Assembly (NCBI GenBank): GCA_951406725.2
Contig: OX597822.1
Span: forward strand, 23,436,001 to 23,500,000
Reading direction: 5' to 3'
Length of the DNA stretch: 64,000 nucleotides
From: Octopus vulgaris
Lineage: Eukaryota
How positions within the stretch are numbered: position 1 is the first letter of the stretch; every line of letters begins with the position of its first letter. Both the position numbers and the translations under genes were made by a program. Under the pieces are notes generated by a model that saw nothing but the letters and a program-made list of their open reading frames with translations, did no database searches and was not told where the DNA came from. This document shows positions 39,381-52,469 of this stretch, one piece after another.

Positions 39381-39543
39381 CATATACGATGGGCTTCTCT
39401 TAGTTTCCGTCTACCAAATCCACTCACAAGGATTTGGTTGGACCGATGCTGTGATAGGTGTCCTAGGTGCCACGCAGTGGGACTGAACCCGGAACAATGT
39501 GGTTGGTAAGCAAGCTACTTACTACACAGCTTCTTCTGCGCCT
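39166..39543 (-). mobile_element. SINE family A with internal (GACA)n(CA)n
   Basis: Colinear with the other family A copies. Confidence 0.85.
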
Positions 39544-39561
39544 ATGTACACACACATGCAC

Positions 39562-39628
<67 letters not shown>

Positions 39629-39643
39629 CATATGTATGTAATT

Positions 39644-39686
<43 letters not shown>

Positions 39687-40397
39687 GTATAGATATATAT
39701 ATGTTTGTGTGTATGTATATGTATATATATATATATGTTTGTGTGCATGTATATGTGTGTGTGTGTGTATGTTTTCGTTTTCATTGTTTTCTTTTTATTT
39801 CAGCCATTTGACTATGGCCATTTTTTAAACATGAATTTATCCTCAATATAATTAGTGTCAACGTTATTACACGAAGAGCTGAAAATAAAATTCAGCTGCA
39901 ACGAGGATTTGAACCCAGGTTAAAGAATTATTATACTTGATAGCAACTAGTCCATCAACGTAGTTTGGTTCAGCATCTCCCATCCAACTCCGCTGGATAT
40001 CATCAGCTGCAATGTTTTCGTGTTGTTAAAGTCACCTGAACAAGAGTCTGGAGATAAATATAGACACTGTTACTGAGATATTCACTGTATTCCAGAAGTG
40101 ACGTTTTTATATTCGCATGAATTGCAATGATAAAGCGGCCATTTTCACTCTCTCTCGTTGATGTCACCTGAACGATTTCTTAGCATCTTCTAAGCTAATA
40201 TTTTCGATTCTAACTGAGCAGCTTTCTATTTATGTATTGTAATTAGGCTTTTGTCACTGCTGTAGAACATAGTTAAGGACTATTGAATCTACGTTACACG
40301 TTTTAGAATTCTTTTCTAGATCGTTTGAATTCTAAGGAGAAGCGATAAATTCTAATATAAGAGAATGTGAGAAAGTGAAATTCGATGGTGTTCTGGA

Positions 40398-40486
<89 letters not shown>

Positions 40487-40502
40487 CATACATACATGCA
40501 TA

Positions 40503-40562
<60 letters not shown>

Positions 40563-40801
40563 TACATACGTATATGTACTTACATCTATACGCATATGTA
40601 GGCACAGGACGTCATGAAACGTGTACAACAAAAAATACGAAGTACAGAGTACATGGAATAATAACTATTTTTTCGAACAACGAAAGACACAAATCGAAAA
40701 CAAGAGAAACAACATAAAGAACGACCCTTCATCAGTATTTGGCTGTTTTTCTACTCACGTATTTCGAGCATTTAACAACAATATACGCAAAGGTGTTATT
40801 A

Positions 40802-40862
<61 letters not shown>

Positions 40863-40865
40863 AAA

Positions 40866-41292
40866 GGTGGCGCGCTGGCAGAATTCGTTAGCAAAATGTC
40901 TGGCGACGTTTCGCCCGTTGCTACGTTCTGAGTTCAAATTTCGCCGAGGTCGACTTTACCTTTCATCCTTTCGGGATCGATAAATTAAGTACCAGTGAAA
41001 CACTGGGGTCGATGTAATCGACTATCCCCCTCCCCCCAAATTTCAGGCCTTGTACCTATAGTACAAAGCAAAGGCGGCGAGCTGACAGAATCGTTAGTAC
41101 ACCGGGCGCAATGCTTAGCGGCATTTCGCCCGTCGCTACGTTCTGAGTTCAAATTCCGCCAAGGTCGACTTTGCCTTTCATCCTTTCGGGGTTCATAAAT
41201 TAAGTACCAGTGAAACACTGGGGTCGATGTAATCAACCACGCACATCCCCCAAAATGTCAGGCCTTGTGCCTTTAGTAGAAAGGATTATTAT
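40866..41292 (+). mobile_element. Two tandem SINE family B copies with alternative tail (aggccttgt..agtagaaaggatt)
   Basis: Same head and central domain as 11852-12082 but a different 3' tail ending in (ATT)n. Confidence 0.88.
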
Positions 41293-41785
41293 TATCATTA
41301 CAAATTTATTTATTTTTCATTTTCCCTTTTTTCCTTTTCTTCTCAACGAATGTTAATGGCGTCCGAGCTTACAGCTGTCTAAAGTTGACATACTCCTCAC
41401 TGTCTTATGGATCAATGCGTCACATAACAAAGCTAAGTGGTTACCTCGAGGGAGTTCAGGAGTGTATGGGAAGGAAGGCAATCCGAACGTTTTAGTTTCG
41501 TGAATTCACCACTACCACCACCACCACCACCACCACCGCCGCCACCACCACCACCACCACCACCACCACCACCACGATCACCACCATCGACACAAGAAGC
41601 AGTAACATTAGGAACAGCAGCAGCAGCAGCAGCAACAAAGACAGCAACATGTCGCTGCTCCAGCTGTTGTCCTTCTCGATTTTTTTTCGTAGTCGTCGTT
41701 GCCATTACCATCTTCGTCGTCGTCCTTCTCATCCTCTTAACCCTCCTCCTCCTCCTCCTCCTCCTCACCATCATCATCATCATCG

Positions 41786-41820
<35 letters not shown>

Positions 41821-42823
41821 TAGTACATCATCATCGTCGCCGGTTCCCCGTTGCTGCCAAGGTGCCGCTGTCGTCGTAGACATCCCTGATTCCGCCTCTG
41901 CTGCTGTCGTTGTCTGTCACCGTCTCGTATTCATCATCATCATCATCATCATCATCAGTATCATTACCACCACCACCACCACCACCACCACCACCACCAC
42001 CATGCATATCAGCCCATCACCATCATCACCACCAGCACCATCAAACATACAGTACAACTTGGTTTGTTGTCATCAGATGAAGTTCCAGCCAGAATCAATT
42101 AATGTCTTAGATAAAAACGCCATCGAATTCCTGGTTGGAACCGAAAGTCGATCGACCAAAGTGGTTGCCAGAAATAGCTTCTGTTCTTTTGTTTTTTCTT
42201 CATTCGTTTGTTTAGAGTAGGTTTTGTAAGTGCTTCCATTTTCTAGCTCATGTATGTATCTACTAAGTACCTTCCAAAGTACCCTGCAGTGTACCTTGCT
42301 ACGTACCCTGCTACGTAATATGCTGTGATCCCGTTTCTACGGGTGTAACGTCATTTGCTGGTTAAAGCCGACACACAAGATTAATTAAAATACTTGAGGG
42401 GGTGGTTGTGTAATTAAGAAGCTTGTTTCCAGACCATGTGGTCTTGTGTTCAATCCCACACCGCAGCACTAAGGATAAGTGTCTTCCACTATAGAAGATG
42501 GAAGCCGACCAAAGTCTTGTGAGTGAATTTGGTAGACGCGAACTGAAGGAAGCTCATCATATATGTATAAATGTATGTATGTATATAAGTGTGTGTGTAT
42601 CTTTATCGTGATAACAGATTATGGTTGTAAAATAAGCATCACCGTCATGTAAGCGATGTGGTTCTTTTCTTGCCTTTAATGGCAATATTACCTTGCTTGG
42701 AAATATCATCATCGCTGCTTGGAAACAAGTGAGGGTTGGCGACAGGAAGGGCATCCGACCGTAGAAAACCTGCCTCAACAAAATTCTGTCTGGCATATGC
42801 AAGTTTGGAAAAGTGGGCGTTAA

Positions 42824-42876
<53 letters not shown>

Positions 42877-43446
42877 GCTGGTGCTGGTGCTGGTGGTGAT
42901 GACGACGACGACAACGTCAATGACGATGAAATGGAGCTTTTGTTAAGCATATATCCGGCCCCGATTGTCAAACTTACACATTATAAATCACTTTACGCTA
43001 TTATGGTTTGTCTAATGTTTGCAATAGATCTAGTTGTTTTTGTTTTCACTTGCTGGTAGCTGATTTAAACGATCCCGATGAGCCTTCAGTACATGAAACT
43101 CCGTCGGACGAAGCGATCTTGATATTTTGTCACCAAAGTATATGTGATTTGTTCACAAAGAGAATAAATATGTGCATATTACAGGATAAGTTTATCACTT
43201 CATATACGTATCAATTCAAAGCAACATCGTGTTGGTTCTTTTTGCATATACATTCATACACAACTACATACATACATGTATGTATACCTACCTACCTCCC
43301 TACCAACCTACCTACCTACCTACCTACCTACCTACCTACCTACCTACCTACCTACCTACCTACCTACATACATACATACATACATACATATCGAGCGATC
43401 TACCTACCCACCTACCTACCTATCTACATAATACATACCTATATAT

Positions 43447-43541
43447 ATATATGTTTGTGTATGTATATGTATATACATATATGTATGTGTATGTATACAT
43501 TTGTATATACATATATATGTGTAAATACATATATGTGTAAA

Positions 43542-43609
<68 letters not shown>

Positions 43610-43692
43610 TGTATTTACACATATATATGTATATACAAATGTATACATACACATACATATATGAATATACATATACATACACAAACATATAT
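43447..43692. repeat. 90-bp inverted duplication centred on a (TA)n tract
   Basis: 43447-43536 is the reverse complement of 43603-43692 with one mismatch. Confidence 0.85.
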
Positions 43693-43913
43693 GTATATAC
43701 ATATGTATACATACACATACATATATACATAGGTGGATTGAAAAGCTACACCCTTATTACATATTGTGTCTTGCTGATTCTACCTGAGACTTACGTTAAC
43801 GTACGGATGTTTGTGGCATACTCAGCCACGTATACGTTAATTCAGGAGTAGGTAGCTTAGTTGATATCAAACAACTGAATCCTCATTGTCGAATGACGGA
43901 GATCCACCATCAA

Positions 43914-44059
<146 letters not shown>

Positions 44060-44128
44060 GTCTATCTATCTGTCTATCTGTCTGTCTGTCTGTCTGTCTG
44101 TTGGTCCATCCATCCATCCATCTATCTA

Positions 44129-44964
44129 CGAAGTGGTATCAAAAGGTTCCCAGACTAGTTATATTGAATAAAAAATAACTTATTTACCTAAGTTTTAATA
44201 GTCACCTTGCGCAGCAATACACCAGCCCCAACGTTCCTGTCACTTTTGGAATCCGGCCTGGGAGTCGTTTTCTGTAAGCGAGTCAAGGCCCTGCTGCGAT
44301 TCGCTTTGGATCTCGACAGCGGTGTTAAAACGGTGACCTTTGAGCAGCATTTTCATCTTTGGCTAGAGATGGAAGTCCGCAGGTGCTAAATCTGGTGAAT
44401 AAGGCACGTGCGGAAGCGATACCATATTGATTTTGGCAAGACACTCACGACTGAGGGGAGTTCGGTGGCAAGGTGCATTGCCTTCATGAAGAATCCAATT
44501 CTTCGCTCTCCAGATCCGATTGCTTTCGCTGAACGTCTTTCCCCAAACGCTTCAAAATGTAGTAGAACTCTCGATTGACGATTTGGCCCTGCTGGGCGAA
44601 TTCTTGATACACAATACCACATTTCCGGGGGTGACACTCGTGGCAGGTTTTCCGGATTGCTCGTCGTCTTTCAGGGATGTTCTTCCACCTTTGAAGAGCC
44701 CGTGCCACTCGAAACACTCCGTACGACCCATTGCCTCGTCGCCGTAAGCTTGCCGAAATATGCTCAATGTTTCTGTAGCAGAGATTGCAACATACACGTG
44801 ATCACAAAAACACAAATTTCACAACTTGCAAAGTAAATACAGCAATGTCACTCAGCACACTACCTCATGAAGCTCACTGCTATCCTTCACTGTGCACACA
44901 ACTGTGTGCTGCCATCTGTTGGCACGCTACAGAACTAGTCCTAGAACTTTTTGATTCCACCTTG
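44129..44964 (-). mobile_element. Internally deleted mariner with both TIRs
   Basis: TIRs cgaagtggtatcaaaaggttcccagactagtt and caaggtggaatcaaaaagttctaggactagtt, TA-flanked; SATETLSIFRQAYGDEAM..FEWH..FKGGRTS and PYSPDLAPADF fragments. Confidence 0.92.
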
Positions 44965-44966
44965 TA

Positions 44967-45001
<35 letters not shown>

Positions 45002-45014
45002 ATCTATCTATCTA

Positions 45015-45081
<67 letters not shown>

Positions 45082-45086
45082 CTCTA

Positions 45087-45130
<44 letters not shown>

Positions 45131-46924
45131 AATCTTTCCACTTTTATATATGTGTGTTTGTACTTGTTCTTTTTTGTGTGTGTATTTTCGTGTTTTCGTA
45201 ATGCGTGTAGACAGATTTTGATACGGTCTAAATTTGTTTTAATACTGTGATAGCGTTCTGCATCAACACTTTCCTTTTTACGTTTTCATTCCTCTAATTA
45301 AAATGTATTCGCAATTAGTGTCATATGTAAATTTTCTTTATTTGTTTAAATTTGTTTTCTTCACAGCATTATGTTTTTCAACGCGAAGAAACCATTTCAA
45401 ATACGATTATAATTTTTGAAATTATTTTTTAAGATTCCACTTAGTCACGATATTATATTTTCATGAGATATCAACTGGATTAAGTTTAATAAATTTTTGA
45501 CACGTGTGTAAATCTTTCCTACATTTTAATTTTTATACGATTTTTTTTGTGTGCGTGGTTTAATTCATTTGCTTTTTAACATTTGTTCTACATTTCTACA
45601 AGAGTGTTGAAATTTAATATAATATAGAGTGTTTTCCCATTTTCCTTCACATCATTACATTTTTAAAACTTCTATCATCTTTTATGCACATTATCAGTGT
45701 TAACCGTTATATGACAGATTATTTTGGAGATGGAAAAATTAGTAACAGTAGCAGGCGATGGTAGAGGAGGTGAATGATTTGTTGTACTTGTATAGGAGAA
45801 GGAACAGTAGTTGAAGTAAATAATGAGGCACGGCGAGGAGAGTGTATTACGAAAGGAAAATAATTCCATGTAAGGTAGCGTGATCATGCGAATAACAATG
45901 AACTACAAAGAGTCATATCGGAAAAAGTTGCTTACATACAATAAATATAATTTTTCTGGTTTTCCCATTTTATGGTGTCTATACAAAATTATGAAACGAA
46001 TACACATTTACAAGGTTAAAATATTCATTAAATTAAAATTAGATTAAATTAAGCAAATCTTACTTTTGTGTATTTGCAATGAATATATATTATAAGTAAC
46101 AATAATACCGTTTAACTATCAATTACAACAATACTATAATACTCTAATATTAGTCTCAGGAATAAAGTATTGTTATTTTATTTTCGGTATGAATCAATTT
46201 TACGTAATCGACATACATACAAATTATGATTATTGAACCGATGTCCGTTTAACTGATATAATTCACAATGACAAAAGTATGCTTCTAACATTATCAACCA
46301 CCTGACTGGTAACTTTGACGTTGAAAACAAAGGCATTTATACATCGTCGACGAAAGAGAATTATAGCACAGTAAATTTTGAGAATTGTTGAGAGAAGAGG
46401 TAGAAGAAATAGGAGGAGATAGAGAAGAACTATTAAGTTATGGTAGAGGATGTGAATTATTTCATATAATTGTATAGTTGTAATATCAATGGTTGAGAAT
46501 GAGGTAGGGATAGGAGTGTAGTAAGAGTTGTAGACAGTGAGAATAAGGAGGGGAAGATACTTTCCTTTTCATTTCAATAGAATACTCTCTTGCTCTTCTC
46601 TTGACTAGAAAAAAACCCTCATTTGCATATTGGCTGTTCTCATCACTAAAGGTGTAATTTTGATTAAAATTTCTTACTACATTATGTTAGCACACACTTT
46701 ACTATTAAGTCTTCATACAGTAAAGACCCATAATTCGCTAATGAGGTTTAATGAGACCGAAGCATGCCTAAAATTGTTAATGTACTTCTAAAGATAAGGT
46801 TCAAAGGTTCACTCTTCTATTGCATTTAAAATTCAGTTGTTGTTGTTTGTTCCTTCTCGAACCATGCCTGACTCTTAAGAGCCGGTTTCCCAGTTACAAT
46901 GTACGGCTTATTTTAAATGAAATA

Positions 46925-47255
46925 AAGTAGCATGCTTACCAACCACATGGTTCCGGGTTCAGTCCTTGGGCAAGTGTCTCCTACTATAGCCTCGTATATA
47001 TATATATATATATGTATATATATGTATGTATATGTATATGTATATATATATATACATATGTATATATTTGTGTACATGTCTGTGTTTGTCCCCACACCAT
47101 CGCTTGACAACCGATGTTCGTGTGTTTACGTCCCCGTAACTAGCAGTTCGGCAAAAGAGACCGATAGAATAAGTACTAGGCTTACAAAGAATAAGTCCTG
47201 GGATGCTCCAGCATGGCCGCAGTCAAATGACTGAAGCAAATGAAAGAATAAAAGA
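46925..47255 (+). mobile_element. SINE family A, partially deleted
   Basis: Head and tail match 8699-9155 with internal deletions. Confidence 0.82.
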
Positions 47256-47334
47256 ATATATGGTAAATATAAGATAGATATATGAAAGGTGAATTTGACT
47301 AATTTCTTGGTAGATTGAAAAAAGTGATGAACAC

Positions 47335-47690
47335 AACGGCATTTCTTCCTACTTTACGTTTTGAGTTCGAATATCGCCGCGGTTGTCTTTTTCCTTTCGG
47401 GGTCGATGAAATAAGAACCAGTTGAGCACTAGGGTCGATGTAACTGACTTACCTTTTCCCAAGTGCTGCCCAAAATTTGAAACCAATAGATATTAAGAAT
47501 AAGGTGGTGAGCTGACAGAATCTTTGCCGCGCCGGACAAAATGCTTAGCGGCATTTCTTCTGGTTCTCGAAGTTCTGAGTTCAAATTCCGACAAGATTGA
47601 CTTTGCCCTTCATCCTTTCGGGGTCGATGAAATGAGTACCAGTTGTGCACTGGCCTGGACGTAATCGATTTAACTCGTCCCCCGAAAATT
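47335..47690 (+). mobile_element. Two degenerate SINE family B copies
   Basis: Repeated cctttcggggtcgatgaaat motif and gagttc(g/a)aat B-box. Confidence 0.72.
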
Positions 47691-48089
47691 TGAAAGAATT
47701 TGATATTAAGAATCTTAATAGATTTACAAAAACTAACAAAACAAATCAAACTGAAATCCCTCCCTCGATAAAGAAAAGATAGAAAAATAACTTTAATCCT
47801 ACCGAAAGATCACAAATATATCTAACATATATATGCGACCGAAATACAGGTTTATTTAGCCTGGTAAAAGTGATCTCGGTAGGTTTAGCAAAGCGATCTT
47901 TCTAACACCATCTGCGACATTTTGTAAAATTTTTGGATACTTTTTTTAATACTGATCAGGCCATCATGGTTATGTGGTGCATATATCCGGCACAGCTCAT
48001 CCCCAGTCAGTGGGGTTCTTAGAAAAAGAGGTGTTACTGGAAACCGAATGAACGAAGTAAAAAAAAAAGAAAAAGAAAAGCAAAGGGAA

Positions 48090-48813
48090 AACAACCGACA
48101 CCAAGACCACCACCACCGCCGCCGCCGCCGCCACGACCACCGCCACCACCACTATCACCACCACCACCACCACCACCACCACCACCACCACCACCACCAC
48201 CACCACCACCACCACCACCACCACCACCACCACCACCACCACCACCACCACCATCACCACAACCATCGCCGCCGCCACTACCACCACCAACATCACAACC
48301 GCCGCCGCCGCCACCACCACTACCACCACCACAACCACCACCACCACCGCCACCACCACCATCACCACAACCATCGCCACCGCCACCACCACCAACACCA
48401 ACACCACCAACACCACAACCGCCGCCGCCGCCACCAAAACCACTACCACCACCACAACCACAACCACAACCACCACCACCACCACCACCACCAATAACAA
48501 CAACAACAACAGCAAAAACACAACCATCGCCGCCGCCACTACCACCACCACCACAACCGCCGCCGCCGCCACCACCACCACTACCACCACCACCACCACC
48601 GCCGCCACCACCATCACCACAACCATCGCCGCCGCCGCCACCACCACCACCACCAACACCACAACCGCTGCCGCCGCCACCAACACCGATGCCACCACCG
48701 CCGCCGCCGCCACCACCACCACCAACACCAACACCACCAACACCACAACCGCCGCCGCCGCCACCACCACCACCACCACCACCGCCACCACCACCGCCAC
48801 TAACACCACCACC
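48090..48813. repeat. Compound (ACC/GCC/AAC)n trinucleotide array
   Basis: About 720 bp in one triplet phase; source of the poly-His and poly-Val/Ala ORFs. Confidence 0.9.
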
Positions 48814-49333
48814 AAGCGTTGACTGTGAAATGTATCTGATTTGGAAAGTACCGAGTGACTGAGGTAAATGGATCGTTTTAACGAGTTAGTTAACACCTTT
48901 GTAATTAAACATTACAAACGAACTGATTGCCTACCGTTTGCTCGCTGACCGCTTTACTCGATCTTCATAAGATTCAGGTATCCGTTTCTGTGCGCGCGCG
49001 CGTGTGTGTATGTGTGTGTGTGTGTGTGTGATTTAGGTCTGCGCAGGCACATGTATGCTTATGTGCATTCCATATATATTGGTAGAATTGGTGGCGATGA
49101 ACACACGCAAACGTGCGCTCGAGTATAGGATGGCCGCCAAAAGTTGTTTTGGTTGTTTTTCAGTGGAGTTTTTGAAATTTGTTCAAATATATAGTAACGA
49201 AGTGAATGGACAAACTAAAACTATATTATTCAAGTCTTTAATAATAAACATTCTGCAAAAACAAACCGCCACCGAAACTCCGGACTCCACCACATGAAAC
49301 AGATGGAAACTATCAGTTTATACTGGGGAAAAC

Positions 49334-49364
<31 letters not shown>

Positions 49365-50076
49365 TGTATGTATGTATGTATGTATGTATGTATGCATGTA
49401 TGACTCTGTTTTCTTCATCCCTCTCTAATTCCCTTTTTCTCCCCCTTCACCGCTTTCTATCTGTCTCTCTCTCCCTACCTTTCTATTTTTCTCTCCCTCT
49501 CTCTTTGCTCACACGTGACCATCGTCCATCTTTCTTTCTCTTACGTGACCATCTTTCTTTTCCTGCATGACGTTCTAAGGACTGGACGTTTTCTTTCTCT
49601 TTCTTCTAGCTTCCTCTTTTCAAAGAAAATATTTCTCCCAGCGTTCACTATTTTCCTCGCGTTCTGGTCTAATGGCCCTCCACGGTTGTTTTCGTTCGGT
49701 TTCCTTGTATGTCACCACTGCCCTGTTTCTGTTCCCAACTTTGGCTCTCCATAAATCCCAAATTTTATTTTGGAATCTATGTGAGCAACTGTCTTTGAAG
49801 ACGCATATTATCGTTGAATGGTTGAAATGACGAGTAGGAAAACAGCCGACAACTGATGGAATGTCGTTCTTTGTGTTTACTTGTTCAGTGTAAGCACATA
49901 AATTGGAAACAAGGTGGAAAAAATAGTACTCGAATACCGGAGGTAGAGTAATATACATTATTAAAAAAGCTGCAAAGACATCACAAAAACTGTTACTCAG
50001 TTTTACGTCCCCGTTCCTCGGACTGTCCGACGAACGGGAATGTGAAACTCTGTGTAACAGTTGTCTGTCTGTCTGC

Positions 50077-50143
<67 letters not shown>

Positions 50144-50184
50144 GCTATCTATCTATCTATATGTATTGCGTATATATATATATA

Positions 50185-50218
<34 letters not shown>

Positions 50219-51221
50219 GCATATTTATATATGTATATGTATATATATAAATATATATATATGTATATATATAAATATATATATATGTATGTATATACAT
50301 ATACATACCTCAATTACCTCATCTTTCCCTCCCTCTCTATCTATGTATATGTGTGAGAGTGTGTATGTGCGTGTGTATATAACCAGACCTACGAAGTGCG
50401 AGACGTATTAGATATAAGCTTGAAGATCTGAATTTAAGCTACATCAAACACCCTACATATAGATTAAAAGGATAAGCAGAAAGCAGATGTTGATATTTCT
50501 ATTATTTCATTATGATCGTTTCGGTGGTTGTTATGGCGCATGTTCGGATGCCTCTACTACTCAACTCGACTCCTACTCTACTCTACCGACTGCTGCTCTA
50601 CTCTACCGACTGCTACTCTTCTACTCTACCCTGACGTCTAGACTTCTCCCTCTATATCTACGTATTGAGCTAGTCTACTTCATCGTCTGGGGACTTCCAC
50701 ACAACAGTAGTCAATAATGAATAATTAATAATTTGTACATATTATATCGATAATCAACCATTTCATCATTGAAGTTATGTACTAAGTATTAATCATTGCT
50801 TATTGGTTATAGACTACAAAATGAAATTATTGAAATACTAATAATCTGTTTTGTGATTGCTTTTTTAAACAATGTATATGTGTAATGTACGTACGTACAT
50901 TACACATATAAAAAACGTAAAAAAACGTTGGACACAATGAGAAACGAAAGCATAAAAGCAAAAACATAGAAAACGAACTTTTTTTGAACAACGAAAAAAA
51001 AAAAGAGAAACGAGACATGCAACATTAAGAATTTTCCCCTTCATCAGTTGTCCCTGTTTCATCTGCTCCGCGTTACGAAGGCTGTTGTTTTTAAATAGCA
51101 CACATGGAATTTGTTTTTTTTTAAAACTCCTTTTCTCCTCTCTATATCTTTATATATACACACAATTTGCCGCTATCGGCCCAGCAGATTAGAAGCGTGT
51201 TCGAATAAGAACGAAGGAGCA

Positions 51222-51290
<69 letters not shown>

Positions 51291-51313
51291 GTTTATATAT
51301 ATATATATAGTAC

Positions 51314-51350
<37 letters not shown>

Positions 51351-51844
51351 GTTTATATATATATATACATATACATACATACATATACATACATACATAC
51401 ATACATACATACATACATACATACATACATACATACATACATACAGGCAGACATACGTGCGTAGATACATGCCTATACATACGTGGATATTTACAGGCAC
51501 TCGAGTATACATCTATGTACATCCATGCATTTATACGAAAAAAAAAAAAGCGGAAACTATTTCTGAAACAAAAGCACATTAAACGTTATAATGGGTTGCC
51601 GGAAGTCACGCGTGCTTTTTTAATTCAGAACTACACCCTCCGATGATAAGTGTCGCTTTCAAAGTACACTTCATATTAAGAGCTATTTATTGACCAACAA
51701 AGTGTCATTGAACCGCTGGAAAATGTGATTACGGCTTAAGACAACAACAACTACTATTACACCAACCCTATAAAACACTCCTTCACCTCTTCTTCCTCCT
51801 CTCCTCCTCCTCCTAGTTGTTGTAGTAATGATAATAATAATAAG

Positions 51845-52052
51845 CCTTTTTATTATAGGCACAAGGCCTGAAATTTGGAGGCGAGGATAGTGAATTATAG
51901 CGACCCTAGTACTCAACTGGTACTTATTTTATCGACCCCAAAAGGATGAATGACAAAGTTGATCTCACTGGAATTTGAACACAGAAAGTAAAGACGGACA
52001 TAACGCCGCTAAAAATTTTGCCCCGTGTGCTAATGATTCTGCCAGCTTGCCG
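51845..52052 (-). mobile_element. SINE family B (alternative tail)
   Basis: Reverse complement of the 41071-41292 type. Confidence 0.75.
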
Positions 52053-52056
52053 AATA

Positions 52057-52105
<49 letters not shown>

Positions 52106-52122
52106 GGATGATGATAATGATG

Positions 52123-52188
<66 letters not shown>

Positions 52189-52469
52189 GCCCTGATGCAG
52201 TACCAGGCAGTAGCTCTAATGGTTTCTGATCTTAACTGATTGGAAGTGTTATCATGTACATTGTTTTGCTTGATATAAAAGATGGGCTACAGCAAATATT
52301 CTGCTCAATACCACATTTGACCTTAACCAGTTGAGCATGTCCCTTGGTGGTTGGCGATATGTGCATCTCTGATCACGAGCAGAAGTAGTGGGGGAGCATC
52401 ATAGCTATGTGTTGAGAAGGTTTCTTTCAGGTTTGAATAATTCACCTCTGGAAACATGGGTGGAAATAG

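Noticed and set aside
41433-42330. Possible minus-strand exon with poly-G/D/M runs and a gag|gtaacc donor
   Set aside because: Frames are interrupted by stops and no coherent protein or acceptor was found.
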